Shown here: one piece after another, positions 41,084-53,029 of the stretch
How positions within the stretch are numbered: position 1 is the stretch's first letter
How the letters are laid out: each line of letters starts with the position of its first letter
NCBI RefSeq assembly: GCF_006345805.1
Contig: NC_043001.1
Coordinates: 46,624,001 to 46,688,000 of the forward strand
Source of the DNA: Octopus sinensis
Taxonomy: Eukaryota
Length of the DNA: 64,000 nucleotides
Reading direction: 5' to 3'
The notes under the pieces: model-generated
What the model saw: the letters and a program-made list of their open reading frames with translations, nothing else
The model's database searches: none
Told to the model about the DNA's origin: nothing
Position numbers and translations under genes: made by a program

Positions 41084-41805
41084 ATATGGGGAAAGTAAGA
41101 AGAAGAAAAAAAAGCGAAAATGCACATTGAATATCAAAAAAAGTAAAGGCATTTTTTATGAAAAGTGGGAAGCACTCCGTCAGTTACGACGATGAGGGTT
41201 CCGGTTGATCCGACCAACGGAACAGCCTGCTCGTGAAATTAACGTGTACCCTTAACGTAGTTCTCGGGGATATTCAGCGTGACACAGAGAGTGACAAGGC
41301 CAGGAAGAAAGAGTGAGAGAAAGTTGTGGTGAAAGAGTACAGCAGGGATCACCACCATCCCCTGCCGGAGCCTCGTGGAGCTTTAGGTGTTTTCGCTCAA
41401 CACACACTCACAACGCCCGGTCTGGGAATCGAAACCGCGATCCTACAACCGCGAGTCCGCTGCCCTAACCACTGGGCCATTGCGCCTCCACTATGAAAAG
41501 TATCGATAAATAAATACAATTAGATGAATTGAGGTAGAATTAAGAGGAATTAAATTCATTATTTTGAATTGTTAAAGAGATTTAAAGTCAAACCAATTGG
41601 TGCGCATTCAAAGCTAGTGAACAATAATGACGAAACCGGTTTGACTTTAAATCTCTTTAACAATTCAAAATAATGAATTTAATTCCTCTTAATTCTACCT
41701 TAGTTCATCTAATTGTATTTATTTATCGCTACTTTTCATAAAAAAGCCTTTATTTTTTTTATATTCAAAGTGCATTTTCACTTTTTTCTTCGTATTTTCC
41801 ATATA
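41084..41805. repeat. AT-rich fold-back element (arms about 170 bp) interrupted by a SINE
   Basis: 41084-41166 plus 41502-41594 pair with 41638-41805; 43-nt spacer. Confidence 0.85.
41167..41491 (-). mobile_element. tRNA-derived SINE family C, full length, tail type 1
   Basis: A-box tggcccagtgg, B-box ggtttcgattcc; perfect 10-bp TSD tatgaaaagt (41157-41166, 41492-41501). Confidence 0.9.
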
Positions 41806-41807
41806 TA

Positions 41808-41992
41808 TGTAAATGTAATATGTGACAATTATTCGGGGTAGCCATGATAAAACTCCGAGTTTTGGATGCCGAGGTGGAAAACTATGCCGCCATCTCTTCA
41901 GTTATCCGCCATCGATGGTGGTTTCCACATCGGCATCCGAAACTCGGAGTTTTATCATGGCTACCGAATAATTGTCACATATTACATTTACA
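41808..41992. repeat. Fold-back element, arms about 72 bp
   Basis: Arms differ by a 2-bp indel and 2 substitutions. Confidence 0.9.
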
Positions 41993-42094
41993 GATAAATT
42001 CCTCTATTTACATAATATCGAGGTCTCTTTCTTTTGTTGTCTTCCCATTTTTATCAATCTATATATATATATATATTCCTTCTTTTTCTTTTCT

Positions 42095-42276
42095 CTTATT
42101 TGTTTCAGTCATTTGACTGCGGCCATGCTGGAGCACCGCCTTTAGTCGAACAAATCGACCCCAGAACTTATTCTTTGTAAGCCTAGTACTTATTCTATCG
42201 GTCTCTTTGCCGAACCGCTAAGTAAACACACTAGCATCGGTTGTCAAGCGATGATGGGGGGACAAACACAGACACA

Positions 42277-42357
<81 letters not shown>

Positions 42358-42520
42358 GACAGGCTTTTTTCAGTTTCCGTCTACAAAATCCACTCACAAG
42401 GTTTTGGTCGGCCCGAGGCCTTAGTAGAAGACACTTGCCCAAGGTGCCACGCAGTGGGACTGAACCTGGAACTATGTTGTTGGTAAACAAGCTATTTACC
42501 ACACCGCCACGACTGCACCT
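42095..42520 (-). mobile_element. SINE family A
   Basis: Same head, core and tail as other copies. Confidence 0.85.
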
Positions 42521-42531
42521 AGACACACACA

Positions 42532-42562
<31 letters not shown>

Positions 42563-43529
42563 CACCACACACACACACACATACATATGCAGAGAGAGAA
42601 AGAGTGATAGATAGATCCAATAAGATTCAATATAGGTAGAATCCACAAAAAAAAGTACTCCATCTAGTGAAAGATAAATATTAATTTAATACACAATCGA
42701 AAGAGCTACTAATAGTTTCATACTTTTATGATACTTTAACTAGGCATATTTATAAAACACGTTATGTATCTCTAAGCAATCTCTCAGGCTCCGTTTTGAT
42801 CCAGATAAGCGATTCTTCAGAATTTGGTTACGTTGTTGTAGAATTTATGCTTAGCTGTTTCTTCCGGGAGGAAAACCATGTTGGGTGTTGTAGTCATGTA
42901 GGTAAATTGGTAATTCGAGTTTGTTGCGCTTGTAGTTAATTACGTGTGTGTATGTATATATGCTTGAATGTAGGGTATGTGTGTATATATATATATATTA
43001 TGTACACACATATATTTATAAACTATCTCTATGTAGATTATGAGGTAAAAAGTAAACAGCCAAGAATAGAGGGAAAACATTTTTTTTAAGGAATAAAAAC
43101 CAGAAACCAACATCAAAACAAATAAAAGTGATTATAAAGTACTAACAATATTTTTAAAAAATATGTATAAAAGAACAAACAAAAAAAGCCCTCCCTTTTT
43201 CTCTTCTCAGATTATAGCATTTTCCTAGTTTGAAACCCGAACCTAAGCCTTCAGCCGTGTAAAACACGAATTGCAAGGGAAAGATGAGATTTAGAGTGAC
43301 ACCGATATTTACATGTGACTTGGGTAATGAGTCTGATATATGTGTATATGTATGAGTGTGTGTGAATGCATGTAAAGGGATGTGTGTGTATGTGTGAGTG
43401 TTTCTCTATGTGGGTTTCTCAGTTTGTGTAAATTTTTCATTTGTATATATACATACACACATAAACATAAACACACATATACACAAATACATACATAGTC
43501 ATACATGTATGTGTGCGTGTGTGTTTGTT

Positions 43530-43580
<51 letters not shown>

Positions 43581-43940
43581 ATGTTGTGTTTGTGATCGCG
43601 TGAGCATGCTTGGGTGAAAGATTGCAAGAATATATTTCCGTGTTTGTGTGTGTATGCGTGATTGGATAGGTATGAGGGCGTTCGGAGTTGATGGTAATAT
43701 GCTTGGAGATGGAACTGGCTAAGTATTATTATTATTATTATTAGTAGTAGTAGTAGTAATAGTAGTTTACACGAAATGATTTTGTCCTTTTTTTTCATCA
43801 TGATGCTCATATATAAAAGTAACTAGAATGTCGTTCATGTTGAATTAGTTGTGAGATCATATTGTCTACATAGTATAGACATACATTTACATATACAGAG
43901 ATATAAATACGCATATATGTGTATCTGTGTGTGTATGTAT

Positions 43941-43978
<38 letters not shown>

Positions 43979-44098
43979 GTGCGACGTGAGTGCGTGCGTG
44001 CGTAACTGTATGTGCGTATATATTTCTGAACATTAGGAAAATTATCAGTTTTATGGCCTCCATTTGAGGAAATGTTTACACACACACAGACACACACA

Positions 44099-44138
<40 letters not shown>

Positions 44139-44169
44139 ATACAAACACACACACACACACCCGTACGTA

Positions 44170-45385
44170 TTGATCAGGCTATTGGATGTTGTTATACATA
44201 GCTGGTCACAATGTGTTTCCAATTAGTCTTTTTTTTTTGTGCCATTCTTTTTCATCTTGGCCCAAATCGTTTAACTCAATCGCCTTCTCATCATCGTGGA
44301 GTTTTTCCGAATGACCTTTTCCGATCTCTTGATTAGCATTTGGCAACTGCACGGGTCCACATGTTGTCTGTTAACTTTGCGGCATGTCCGGCCGAACGGA
44401 ACTTTCCAGTAATCTGCGATTACGTAGCCCACTCCTCTCCTTTTACGAATTATCTCATTTCGGATATGCTCCAGAAATGACATACCTCGCATGTATCTTC
44501 CCAGGATTCTTTGAGTCATCGCCAATCGACGTTCTTCCTTCTTCGTAGTATCCTACGCCTCACTTGCGTATAAGAGTTCACCTAAGGTGGTGCTAAAACT
44601 GAACACGGCGTATAGTCATGTCCAGTTTTGCTTTGAACATATCCTTTAATGAGGAAAACGCCTCCCATCCTGCTCTTATTTTCTTCGAGATTTCAGTATC
44701 CATGTCTTGGCACGTCGCTTCCCACCTCTGTTCGACCTTTCAGGCGGCATGTATTTTATTTTCATGCGGTTCAGTTGAAGGTCGACTACTGAGCCAAGGA
44801 GTCCAGTTCCGTTAGCATAGTCTGCAGCTAATCTATGGTTTGGCGATGAGTACAACGTCATCTGCGTATCGTAGGTATGTAAGTAACTTACTATTGATGT
44901 TTGCGCCACTTTTTCAGTAAATATCTCTGACCATTTCCAGACATTTCTAATTGGAACTCTTATAGGTAGCGATAGTAGAATTATATCAGTGGTGCATCCA
45001 GAGTTCACATCGTTGAACAATTTCGTGTGTTGCGACTGGACCATTGCATGTCCAGAGATTTCAGCGCTGCATTCGTTTCGATACTGTCGAAGGCTTTTCT
45101 ATAGTCGACAAAAGTAATGCACCAAGGAAACCCGTATTCTTTCGCTCAGTCTGTAAGCTATGTTAGGATGAACACGTGATACATCGTACGGTAGTTCTTG
45201 CGAATGTCTACTTGCTCCCTCGGGTACAGGTCATCGAGATGTTTCGATTGTGTGGAGAGATATTGAGGAGAGACAAGAGGAAATATGAGCCAATAGGTTT
45301 TAAAATCTTCCTTATCACCCTTCTTATCAAGCAAAATGGTATTCGACTCTTTTCACAGCAAAGATATTTTACTTTCCTTCAGATA
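44170..45385 (-). mobile_element. RTE-clade LINE, degraded 3' half
   Basis: KKGDKEDFKPI, CITFVDYRKAFDS, TQRILGRYMRGMSFLEHIRNEIIRKR; 3' tail at 44170-44215. Confidence 0.75.
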
Positions 45386-45627
45386 GATTAAAGCATAGTA
45401 TTCAAATACAAAATATACAAATGTGTGTGCGTGCGCGACGTGTCTGTGTGTACATAAGTGTATGTATTTATATATATATATATATATATATAAGAAAATA
45501 GTAAAGTGTGAAAAAACGACAGAAGGCTTAAATGTTAAAAAATATATATATTTGTGTCAAAATGTCTGGAGAATATTGGAAAAATTTTTTTTCCTTTCCT
45601 TAAAATGACATAATTTAAAAATTTTTA

Positions 45628-45667
45628 AAGAAATTACCGGTTTCGCGTGTAGCTTTTCAAATTTCTT
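45628..45667 (-). ncRNA. Minimal type I hammerhead ribozyme (U3-A8 core variant)
   Basis: AAGAAAU-UUGAAAA-GC-UACAC-GC-GAAA-CCGG-UA-AUUUCUU: perfect 7-bp stem I, palindromic ACCGGU stem III, located downstream of the PLE ORF. Confidence 0.7.
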
Positions 45668-45815
45668 GTGACGTTATTTTTATTGCATGGAATTATCGTT
45701 GTTTTTATTTCCAGGAGATTTCTAAATAAGGGGAGGTAGTGAGTGATTTTTCCGGTGTAGGGGAGATAATCGCTTAAAAAATTTTTTTTCCCCTTTTCTT
45801 GTTAATTTCTCTGTG

Positions 45816-48584
45816 TCAGTATGTTCGGATGGTGAGTCTGGGTTTGTACTTTTCAATGAAGAATGTTTCCTTGTTCAGTCATCTCATTTGTGTTGATGAT
45901 CCGAAAGCACATTGGTAAAATGGGAAGATTAAAAATTGTGGTAGTAGTTGCTTTGCGCATTTCTCAATGTGCTCACTAAAAGGTATCATTCTATATTCTG
46001 GGAATGCAATCTGTTGTCGATGCAGTGTGCATCTGCGCCTGAGTGATAGTCCCGTGGAACCCACGTAGTCTTGGTGGCAGCCCGAGCATTTAATAACATA
46101 AATTATGTTTTCAGAGGCACAAGTAAAGTTAGATTTGATCTTAAATTTCTGTCCCTCTTTAAAGAAGAATTCTGATCCTTCCAATAGGTTAGGACATGTT
46201 GCACAGTTCGATCTACCACATTTTTTTACTTTTGCATCCGTAATTTAGAAGACAATTTTGCCTTTGTGAGAATCTTTTTAAGTGATTTAGGCTGTTTGTA
46301 GCTTTTAATGATTTGGTGTATGTTTAGAATTTCCTTTAATTTTGGGTTTTTATGAAGTATTGGTAAATTCTGGGTGATGATGGTGAAGGCTTCTTTGTTT
46401 CTGGGGTTGTATGTAGATATGTAAGGTAGTATTTTCGGGGAAGGTGTGTTTTGTGTTGAACTTTTCTTAAAGTTTCTATGTTGATTTCTGTTGCACGTCT
46501 GATCCCATCCTCTATGAGTTGAGCTGGGTAATGTCTGTCAATTAGGGTGTTTTTGAGTTCTTGCAGTCTAAAGTTCCTGGTATTTTGTTCTGACACTATT
46601 GTGCATATCCTTCTTGCAAGGTTGAAGGGGATGTTTGTTTTAGTGTGTCTTGGGTGGCATGAATTAAAAAGAAGGTATTGTTTGGCGTCTGTGGCTTTGT
46701 AAAAAATGTCTGTTTCTATTTTAAGGTTAATTTTTTTAATTAGTATATCCAAGAACGGGAGCTCCTTTTGGTTGTATTCCATTGTGAACTGTATATTTGG
46801 GTTTATGCTGTTCAATAGGTTTTTAAATTTTAGGAGTTTATCTATGTTTTCATTCCAGAGAATGAAACAATCGTCTAGGAATCGTTTCCAATTCTCTTTT
46901 ATGTATTGAGAGAGGGAGTTTCCAAAGATTGATAGAGATTCCTGGTAAATGATTATTTCCATGTATCCCATTGTTAGTTCGCAATGACTGGTGCTGCCCT
47001 TGTACCCATAGCAATTCCGGATTTTTGACGGTAAAATGTATTGTCAAACATGAAGTGGTTATTGTGTAGGATGAATTCAATTGATTTAGTAATGAATTCC
47101 TTACTGATCCTTTTTGGTATTTCTTCCGGAAATTGGTCTAACCAGAATTGTATTGCCTCCAGTCCATAATTATGAGGTATACTGGTATACAAGTTGACTA
47201 CATCAAATGAAACCAGGATTGTTTCTTCCTTGGTTTTTTTTGGAAGGTGGTTTAACATATCTAAGTCATCTCTGATATGGCTATCGATAGTTTAAGAAGG
47301 GTTTCAAGAGGATGTCCATAAGTAGACTTAGTCTGTGTGTTTCACAGGTTGGGCCAGCTACAATGGGTCGTAGTTTTAGGTCCCCCGGATTAGGTGTGTG
47401 TATGTATGTCTTTGGTGATTTTTTAATGGTTTCATTTATAATTTGACTTTTATGAATTTTTGGCAGACCATAGAAAAGGCTAGGTTTGCATTTAAAGTTT
47501 GTTAGGAAATCAATCTCTTTGGTTGTCAGTTCCTTTTCATGGGTTTTAATTAGTGAAGATAGAGTTTTCATTATTTTTTGTGGGGTGTAGTTGGTAATTT
47601 TTTCATAATGTAGGTCTTCATCAAGCAAGGAAATTACAAGATTTCTGTAGTATGATGTATCCATTATTACAACTGCATTTCCCTTGTCCGCTTCCTTAAT
47701 GGTTATATCTTCATCATTTTGGAGTTCTATCAGTTCTTTCCATTGTGTAGTGTTAAAATTTGGGTTAGCTTTCTGTTTATGTATAGTATGGTAGGGGAAG
47801 TTCTCAATGTGGTTACAGAATTCGTCAAGATCTTTATTTCTTCCTCTGTGTGGGATGTGTTCACTTTTGTTCTTGACTAGTGATTCATCTTCAGTATTGA
47901 AACTGTTTGATGCTTCTGCTAGTCTTAATTTTCTGCAAAATTCTGTTATATTATCCTTGAGTTCATTTAGGTTTGCTCTGCGTGGAGTTGGTGTAAATTT
48001 GAGCCCTTTTGCGAGGATGTCAATTTTTATGTTAGAAAGAGGTTTGGTTGAAAGATTGATTATCTTCGGTTTTTCCTTATTACTAGGTTCCAGCCTGTGT
48101 CCTGGTGTCCCTGGTCCCTGGCTAAAAAATGTTGGGTGTAATTTTGTTTGTATGAGTTGTCTGTGAGGTTGTGTGGTATTTGGTCGGGGGAGTGGTGGTA
48201 TTGTTGCCTCCGATCGTTGTGTGTGTGTGGGAATCTATGGTTGTTAATGCTTGTGGTGTGTGTAAAATTTCTGTATGGGGAATATTTTTGTTTCGAACTT
48301 CTTGTATGTGGGATGTTGCTTGACATAGTGTTTCTTTGCGTTTGTCTTGTGTTTAGTGGGGACCAGTAGTTTTGGTTCATGGGTAGTAGTGATTTGTGTG
48401 TGGTGTATTTCTTATCCTAGTGTCGTATTGTGCTGTATGGTGGTTGGGTCTGGTATTAGGATGTTGTTGGTTTGTTCTGTTTTTGGTGTAATTTCTTTCA
48501 TAGACGCGTCCTCTTTCAGCTAGTTCCCTGTTAGGTCTAGCGTGGTTTGTAAAGGTTGGTTGTGGGTGATTTCTGTTTTTAGTG
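45816..48584 (-). pseudogene. PLE polyprotein: reverse transcriptase + GIY-YIG endonuclease (frameshifted)
   Basis: IINLSTKPLS..ILAKGLKFTPTP; ADKGNAVVIMD; FYGLPKIHK; LRPIVAG; LVSFDVVNLYTSIP; QKSGIAMGTRAAP; RFLDD; KCGRSNCATC; NIIYVIKCSGCHQDYVGST. Confidence 0.92.
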
Positions 48585-48679
48585 TATATATATATATATA
48601 TATATACACATATATATACATATACATACATACATATATATATATCAGCATGACCGCAGCTATGAGCTGAAACTACAAG

Positions 48680-48735
<56 letters not shown>

Positions 48736-49990
48736 TGTGTGTGTGTGTGCATCTTTGGCACCACAAACAAGTCAAACAGAACTCAAAGCAAAACTAAGGT
48801 ATGTTTTAGATGAAAGACAAACAGGTTTGTACGAAAGATTCAGAGTAGAACCAAAGGTCTTTTTCGATTTAAAACACTGGCAGACAGGTAAAATACTAGC
48901 ATTAAGGATATATATAATGTAGGTATGTATGTATTCTCCATATTGTGAAAATAATGAAATATTCACAAAACCTGAGCAAATTTTTTCAAGGGATAACAGA
49001 TAAGCCACCTGTATCTGGATGCATTTCAGTCAACAGCTACTCCCTACTTGAATGGGCCATGATGCTACAAAACTTGATTTAAAAATCACTTAAGAAATCC
49101 TATCAGCTATTAAGTTAAACATGACCTGGGCCAATCTAACTTATGGCAGCCGTCCACCTGGTTTCTGTCTAGCGAACTCACTCACAAGACATTGATCAAC
49201 CCGGAGCTATAGTAGAAGTATTGTGCAGTGGGACTGAACCTGGAGCCGCGTGGTTGCAAAGCAAGCTCTTAATCACTCAACCATGTTCACAAAACATTTT
49301 CTTCAACAAAGAAAAAAAATATAGGAACAGTTAAAATGAATAAAAAACAAATTGTCTGAAAAGACAGAAATAATAAAAGAAAAAAGTGTTTACGACATTA
49401 TTAAAATGTTTCGAATTCTTAAAATTAAATTCATATTCTTATACTGTTGTTGATTTCTTTCTGTCTTGTATTTGTTTTGTTTTTCCATATCCTTTATATT
49501 TCCATCCATACAGATTTGTTGATAAAAGTTAAATTTCCGGATGGATTTAAAGAATGGAAAATATCTTAAGCGCTACAGAAATAGCTGTTTGATATTCTCT
49601 GCTTTATTTTTGTCTTTTAAAGTTATTTATATATATATACATGGTGTAATATATAGATAAACACGCACATGTCTGTCCGTCTGTGTGTGTGTGTCTTCTT
49701 TTTTCTTCTTTTATGTGTTTCAGTCATTGGAATGCGACCATCCTGGAACACCGCCTTCAAGGGTTTTATTCGAACAAATCACCCCTATTGCTTTTTTTTT
49801 TTTAGTTTAAGATTTAGTACTTATTCTTTCGATAAGATACGGGGTCGTAAGCGAACCAACATTGGTTGTCAAAAGTTGTGAACAGATACAAAGATACACA
49901 CGTACATACAGATATATACGTGTGTGCGTGTGGGGGGTACGTACGCGCGTGCAACTATGAATGAGTGGCAGCCCGAGGTATATAAACAAG

Positions 49991-50268
49991 ATCGAACACA
50001 CATACACAAGGTATGTGTATTGCCAGTTCGTGGGTAGGCTGCTATTATAGGCGTAAAAGAATATATTCTTGTTAACTGGCCTGGCGTTAAAACACCAGGA
50101 AGTCATAGACAAGCAAGATAACGGGACCTGATGCTAATTATTTCGCTTGTGTATGACTTACAGGCGCTTTAACACCAAGAGAATTGATGAGAATACATTC
50201 TCTTGCGCCTATAATGGCAGCCTGCCCATGAAAAGGTACTACACATACCTCGTGTATGTGTGTTCGAT
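49991..50268. repeat. Old imperfect fold-back (arms about 135 bp)
   Basis: 49991-50120 pairs with 50135-50268 at roughly 75-80% by eye; the arm is also present at 37143-37310. Confidence 0.8.
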
Positions 50269-50278
50269 ATATATATAT

Positions 50279-50304
<26 letters not shown>

Positions 50305-50309
<5 letters not shown>

Positions 50310-50465
50310 CGACGGGCTTCTTCCAGTTTCCGTCTACCAAATCCACTCACAAGGCTTTGGTCGGCCCGAGGCTATAGCAGAAGACACTTGCCCAAGATGC
50401 CACGCAGTGGGAATGAACCCGAAACCATGTGGTTCGTAAGCAAGCTACCTACCACACAGCCACTC
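50305..50465 (-). mobile_element. SINE family A, 5' half
   Basis: Head and core match. Confidence 0.8.
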
Positions 50466-50703
50466 ACACACACACATATGTATATGCACATATTTAGCAA
50501 GCTATAAAATACATACACACGCATTCATACACTTATATATTAATGACTTGTAGGGACATGGTACTTCTTTACGCAAGCATTATATGCTGCAAAGTATATT
50601 AAACGTTTTTATACGTCAATACTGAGTACTACTGTGTTAGCAGTGCTCTTACATCACTTGTTAAGATTATCTCTACAGATTTTCTATAGAAATTATAGTC
50701 AGC

Positions 50704-50977
50704 ACTGGTTTTGGTACGACGTTTCGTATCCGAAACGCTAGATATAAACAAACAATGAGCTCGAAGATGAAGAATGGGTAAAATATGTAAATTGGTACAT
50801 CGAATAACGTTATACCGCCATATCTAGTGGCTATTTAAGCTATGAGTTCGTAGATATTTAATGGATTGGATGCAATAATTCCCGAAATATGTCATATTCG
50901 CGTACTACCCATTTTTCATCTGAGATTTCATTCTTTATATCTGCGTCTCGGATACGAAACATCGTAACAAAGTCAGT
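50704..50977. repeat. Imperfect fold-back (arms about 75 bp)
   Basis: tacgacgtttcgtatccgaaacgctagatataaa pairs with tttatatctgcgtctcggatacgaaacatcgta; gatgaagaatgggta pairs with tacccatttttcatc. Confidence 0.75.
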
Positions 50978-50988
50978 CTCTTTCTCTT

Positions 50989-51036
<48 letters not shown>

Positions 51037-51407
51037 ATAAATAGTAAATTTGTTAAATCCGTGATGTTGGGAAAATTATATGTAACCGGCTGATATTGCT
51101 TGCTGTTACTTTAATTTTCGTATAAACAACATGAATTATACGACATGATGTTTTGTTATGAAAAAAAAATATCCTCTGCACTATCACAGGTCGTTTGGAC
51201 TACTCGAACAGATGATGATTTCTACGCAACTAAAAGATTTTTTTTTTTAAGTGGAAGCAACTGCCTATGATTTCAACAAAAGCTGAAATGCACGTCGCAA
51301 CCCATTTCATATAGCGCTAAATAAATATATAGAAAAGGTACCTGGTTTAATCATCCCTGTAATTTAATTGTGTCTACAAGGGTAGCATGGGCCTTTCTTA
51401 CACATAC

Positions 51408-51464
51408 CAGATAGCATTCCCCCATTTGATACATATATTACATGATGTTCAACAATATGATGTT
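51408..51464 (-). CDS. Candidate 57-nt phase 1-1 internal exon of an unknown gene
   Basis: Acceptor atccttttcag, donor CTG|gtatgt; the single open frame is xHHIVEHHVIYVSNGGMLS(G); no recognised homology. Confidence 0.22.
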
Positions 51465-51978
51465 CTGAAAAGGATATTTATAATAGTATGGGTAGCATTG
51501 GATTGCAAATCTCTTATCACAACCAAAGTCTATAGACACCAGAAAAGTAACCCAAAGCAGATTGCAATTGAATAGAGTCGATTCGGTGCCTTTTCAATGA
51601 AAAGTACATGTCAAAAACTATTTTTATAATATGCAGAGTAAATGTAGAACTGGCTGGTCATATAGTAAAAATGCATATCGAAAACACACTTAAGGTACTC
51701 CTTGCGAAATATATTTGATAGAGGAGCCATGATAAAGTGCAGTATTATTGAAAAAGCTATACAACGGCCTGTTAGTCGTTGTTACTTATGTGCATCTGAA
51801 GAACTCCAGATCTTGACCTGAGCCGGTTGTATATTGAACGGGAAATGTTTCCTCGCCATACCACAATACAACGAAAGTTTAAATGTTCAAACCTTCAAGC
51901 AAATTGCTGTAATTGCTTATATGTGTATGTGTGCGTACATATGTGCAGATGTGAGTGAGCGTGCGTATGTGTATTTAC

Positions 51979-52040
<62 letters not shown>

Positions 52041-52119
52041 TGTGTATGTATGTATGTATATATGTATGTATATGTATATCTGTGTGTGTGCATGTGTGTG
52101 TGTGTGTGGGGGGGGGGGG

Positions 52120-52426
52120 TGGAGGCGCAATGGCCCAGTGGTTAGGGCAGCGGACTCGCGGTTATAGGATAGCGGTAACGATTTCCAGACCGGGCGTTGT
52201 GAGTGTTTATTGAGCGAAAACACCTAAAGCTCCATGAGGCTCCGGCAGGGGGTGGTGGCGATCCCTGCTGTACTCATTCGCCACAACTTTCTCTCACTCT
52301 TTCTTCTGTTGGCCTGCTCGCTTAGCCAGCGGGGTGGCATCATTTGAAGGCTAAAACAATGTGAAGCGCACAGTGACCAGCGATGTGTAGCAACATCTGA
52401 TAGCCTGGTCGGTCATAGTGATCACG

Positions 52427-52431
<5 letters not shown>
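52120..52431 (+). mobile_element. tRNA-derived SINE family C, full length, RTE-derived tail
   Basis: Same head as 41491; tail ends ggtcatagtgatcacggtgat followed by (AT)n. Confidence 0.9.
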
Positions 52432-52468
<37 letters not shown>

Positions 52469-53029
52469 ATTTTACAAGTCCAAATCCAGGATAATTAAGT
52501 TAACTAGTAATGCTTTTTGAATGACGTAATGAATATGTTAATGAATATGTAATGATAACGTAATGAATAGGATGACAAGTGTGATGATGATGATCATCAT
52601 CATCATGATCATCATCATCATCATTATTATCATAGTCAATGTTAGTAATGATGGCGAGAACAACAAAATTTCAAATTTCTAGAAAAGAGAACGAAACTTT
52701 TGAATTGAATCAACTTGAATTGAACTCAACTAAACTAATTTGAAATCATTTGAAAAGAATTAAAATCTACAAGGAATTAAAATCAATCCATCGATTATTT
52801 CTCCAAGAGCTTCACTCTCGATGTACCATGATTGGCACTCCAGCTGCTTTGAAATTTTAAGTTTGTAGAATCTATTTAAGAAGCACAAGTGTCGTTTATT
52901 ATTAGTGTGCTAAACTCCAGTTCCTCCACCAATCCCTGGATAGGAAGCTAGTCTACCGTAAGTAATTTCCCCGTCAGAAAGGTTTCGTTTGTTTCCATAT
53001 CATCTATATCATATTCCTCAGCATCTCTT

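Larger units (their letters stand above)
45493..48584 (-). mobile_element. Penelope-like retroelement (Neptune-type), 5'-truncated, embedded in (TA)n at both ends
   Basis: RT and GIY-YIG ORF pieces, Zn-finger linker, hammerhead in the 3' region; TA repeats at 45468-45492 and from 48585. Confidence 0.9.

Noticed and set aside
48810-48887. Plus-strand 78-nt phase 1-1 exon candidate (DERQTGLYERFRVEPKVFFDLKHWQTG)
   Set aside because: Weak polypyrimidine tract, adjacent to a repeat terminus, and chance candidates like this are expected in 64 kb
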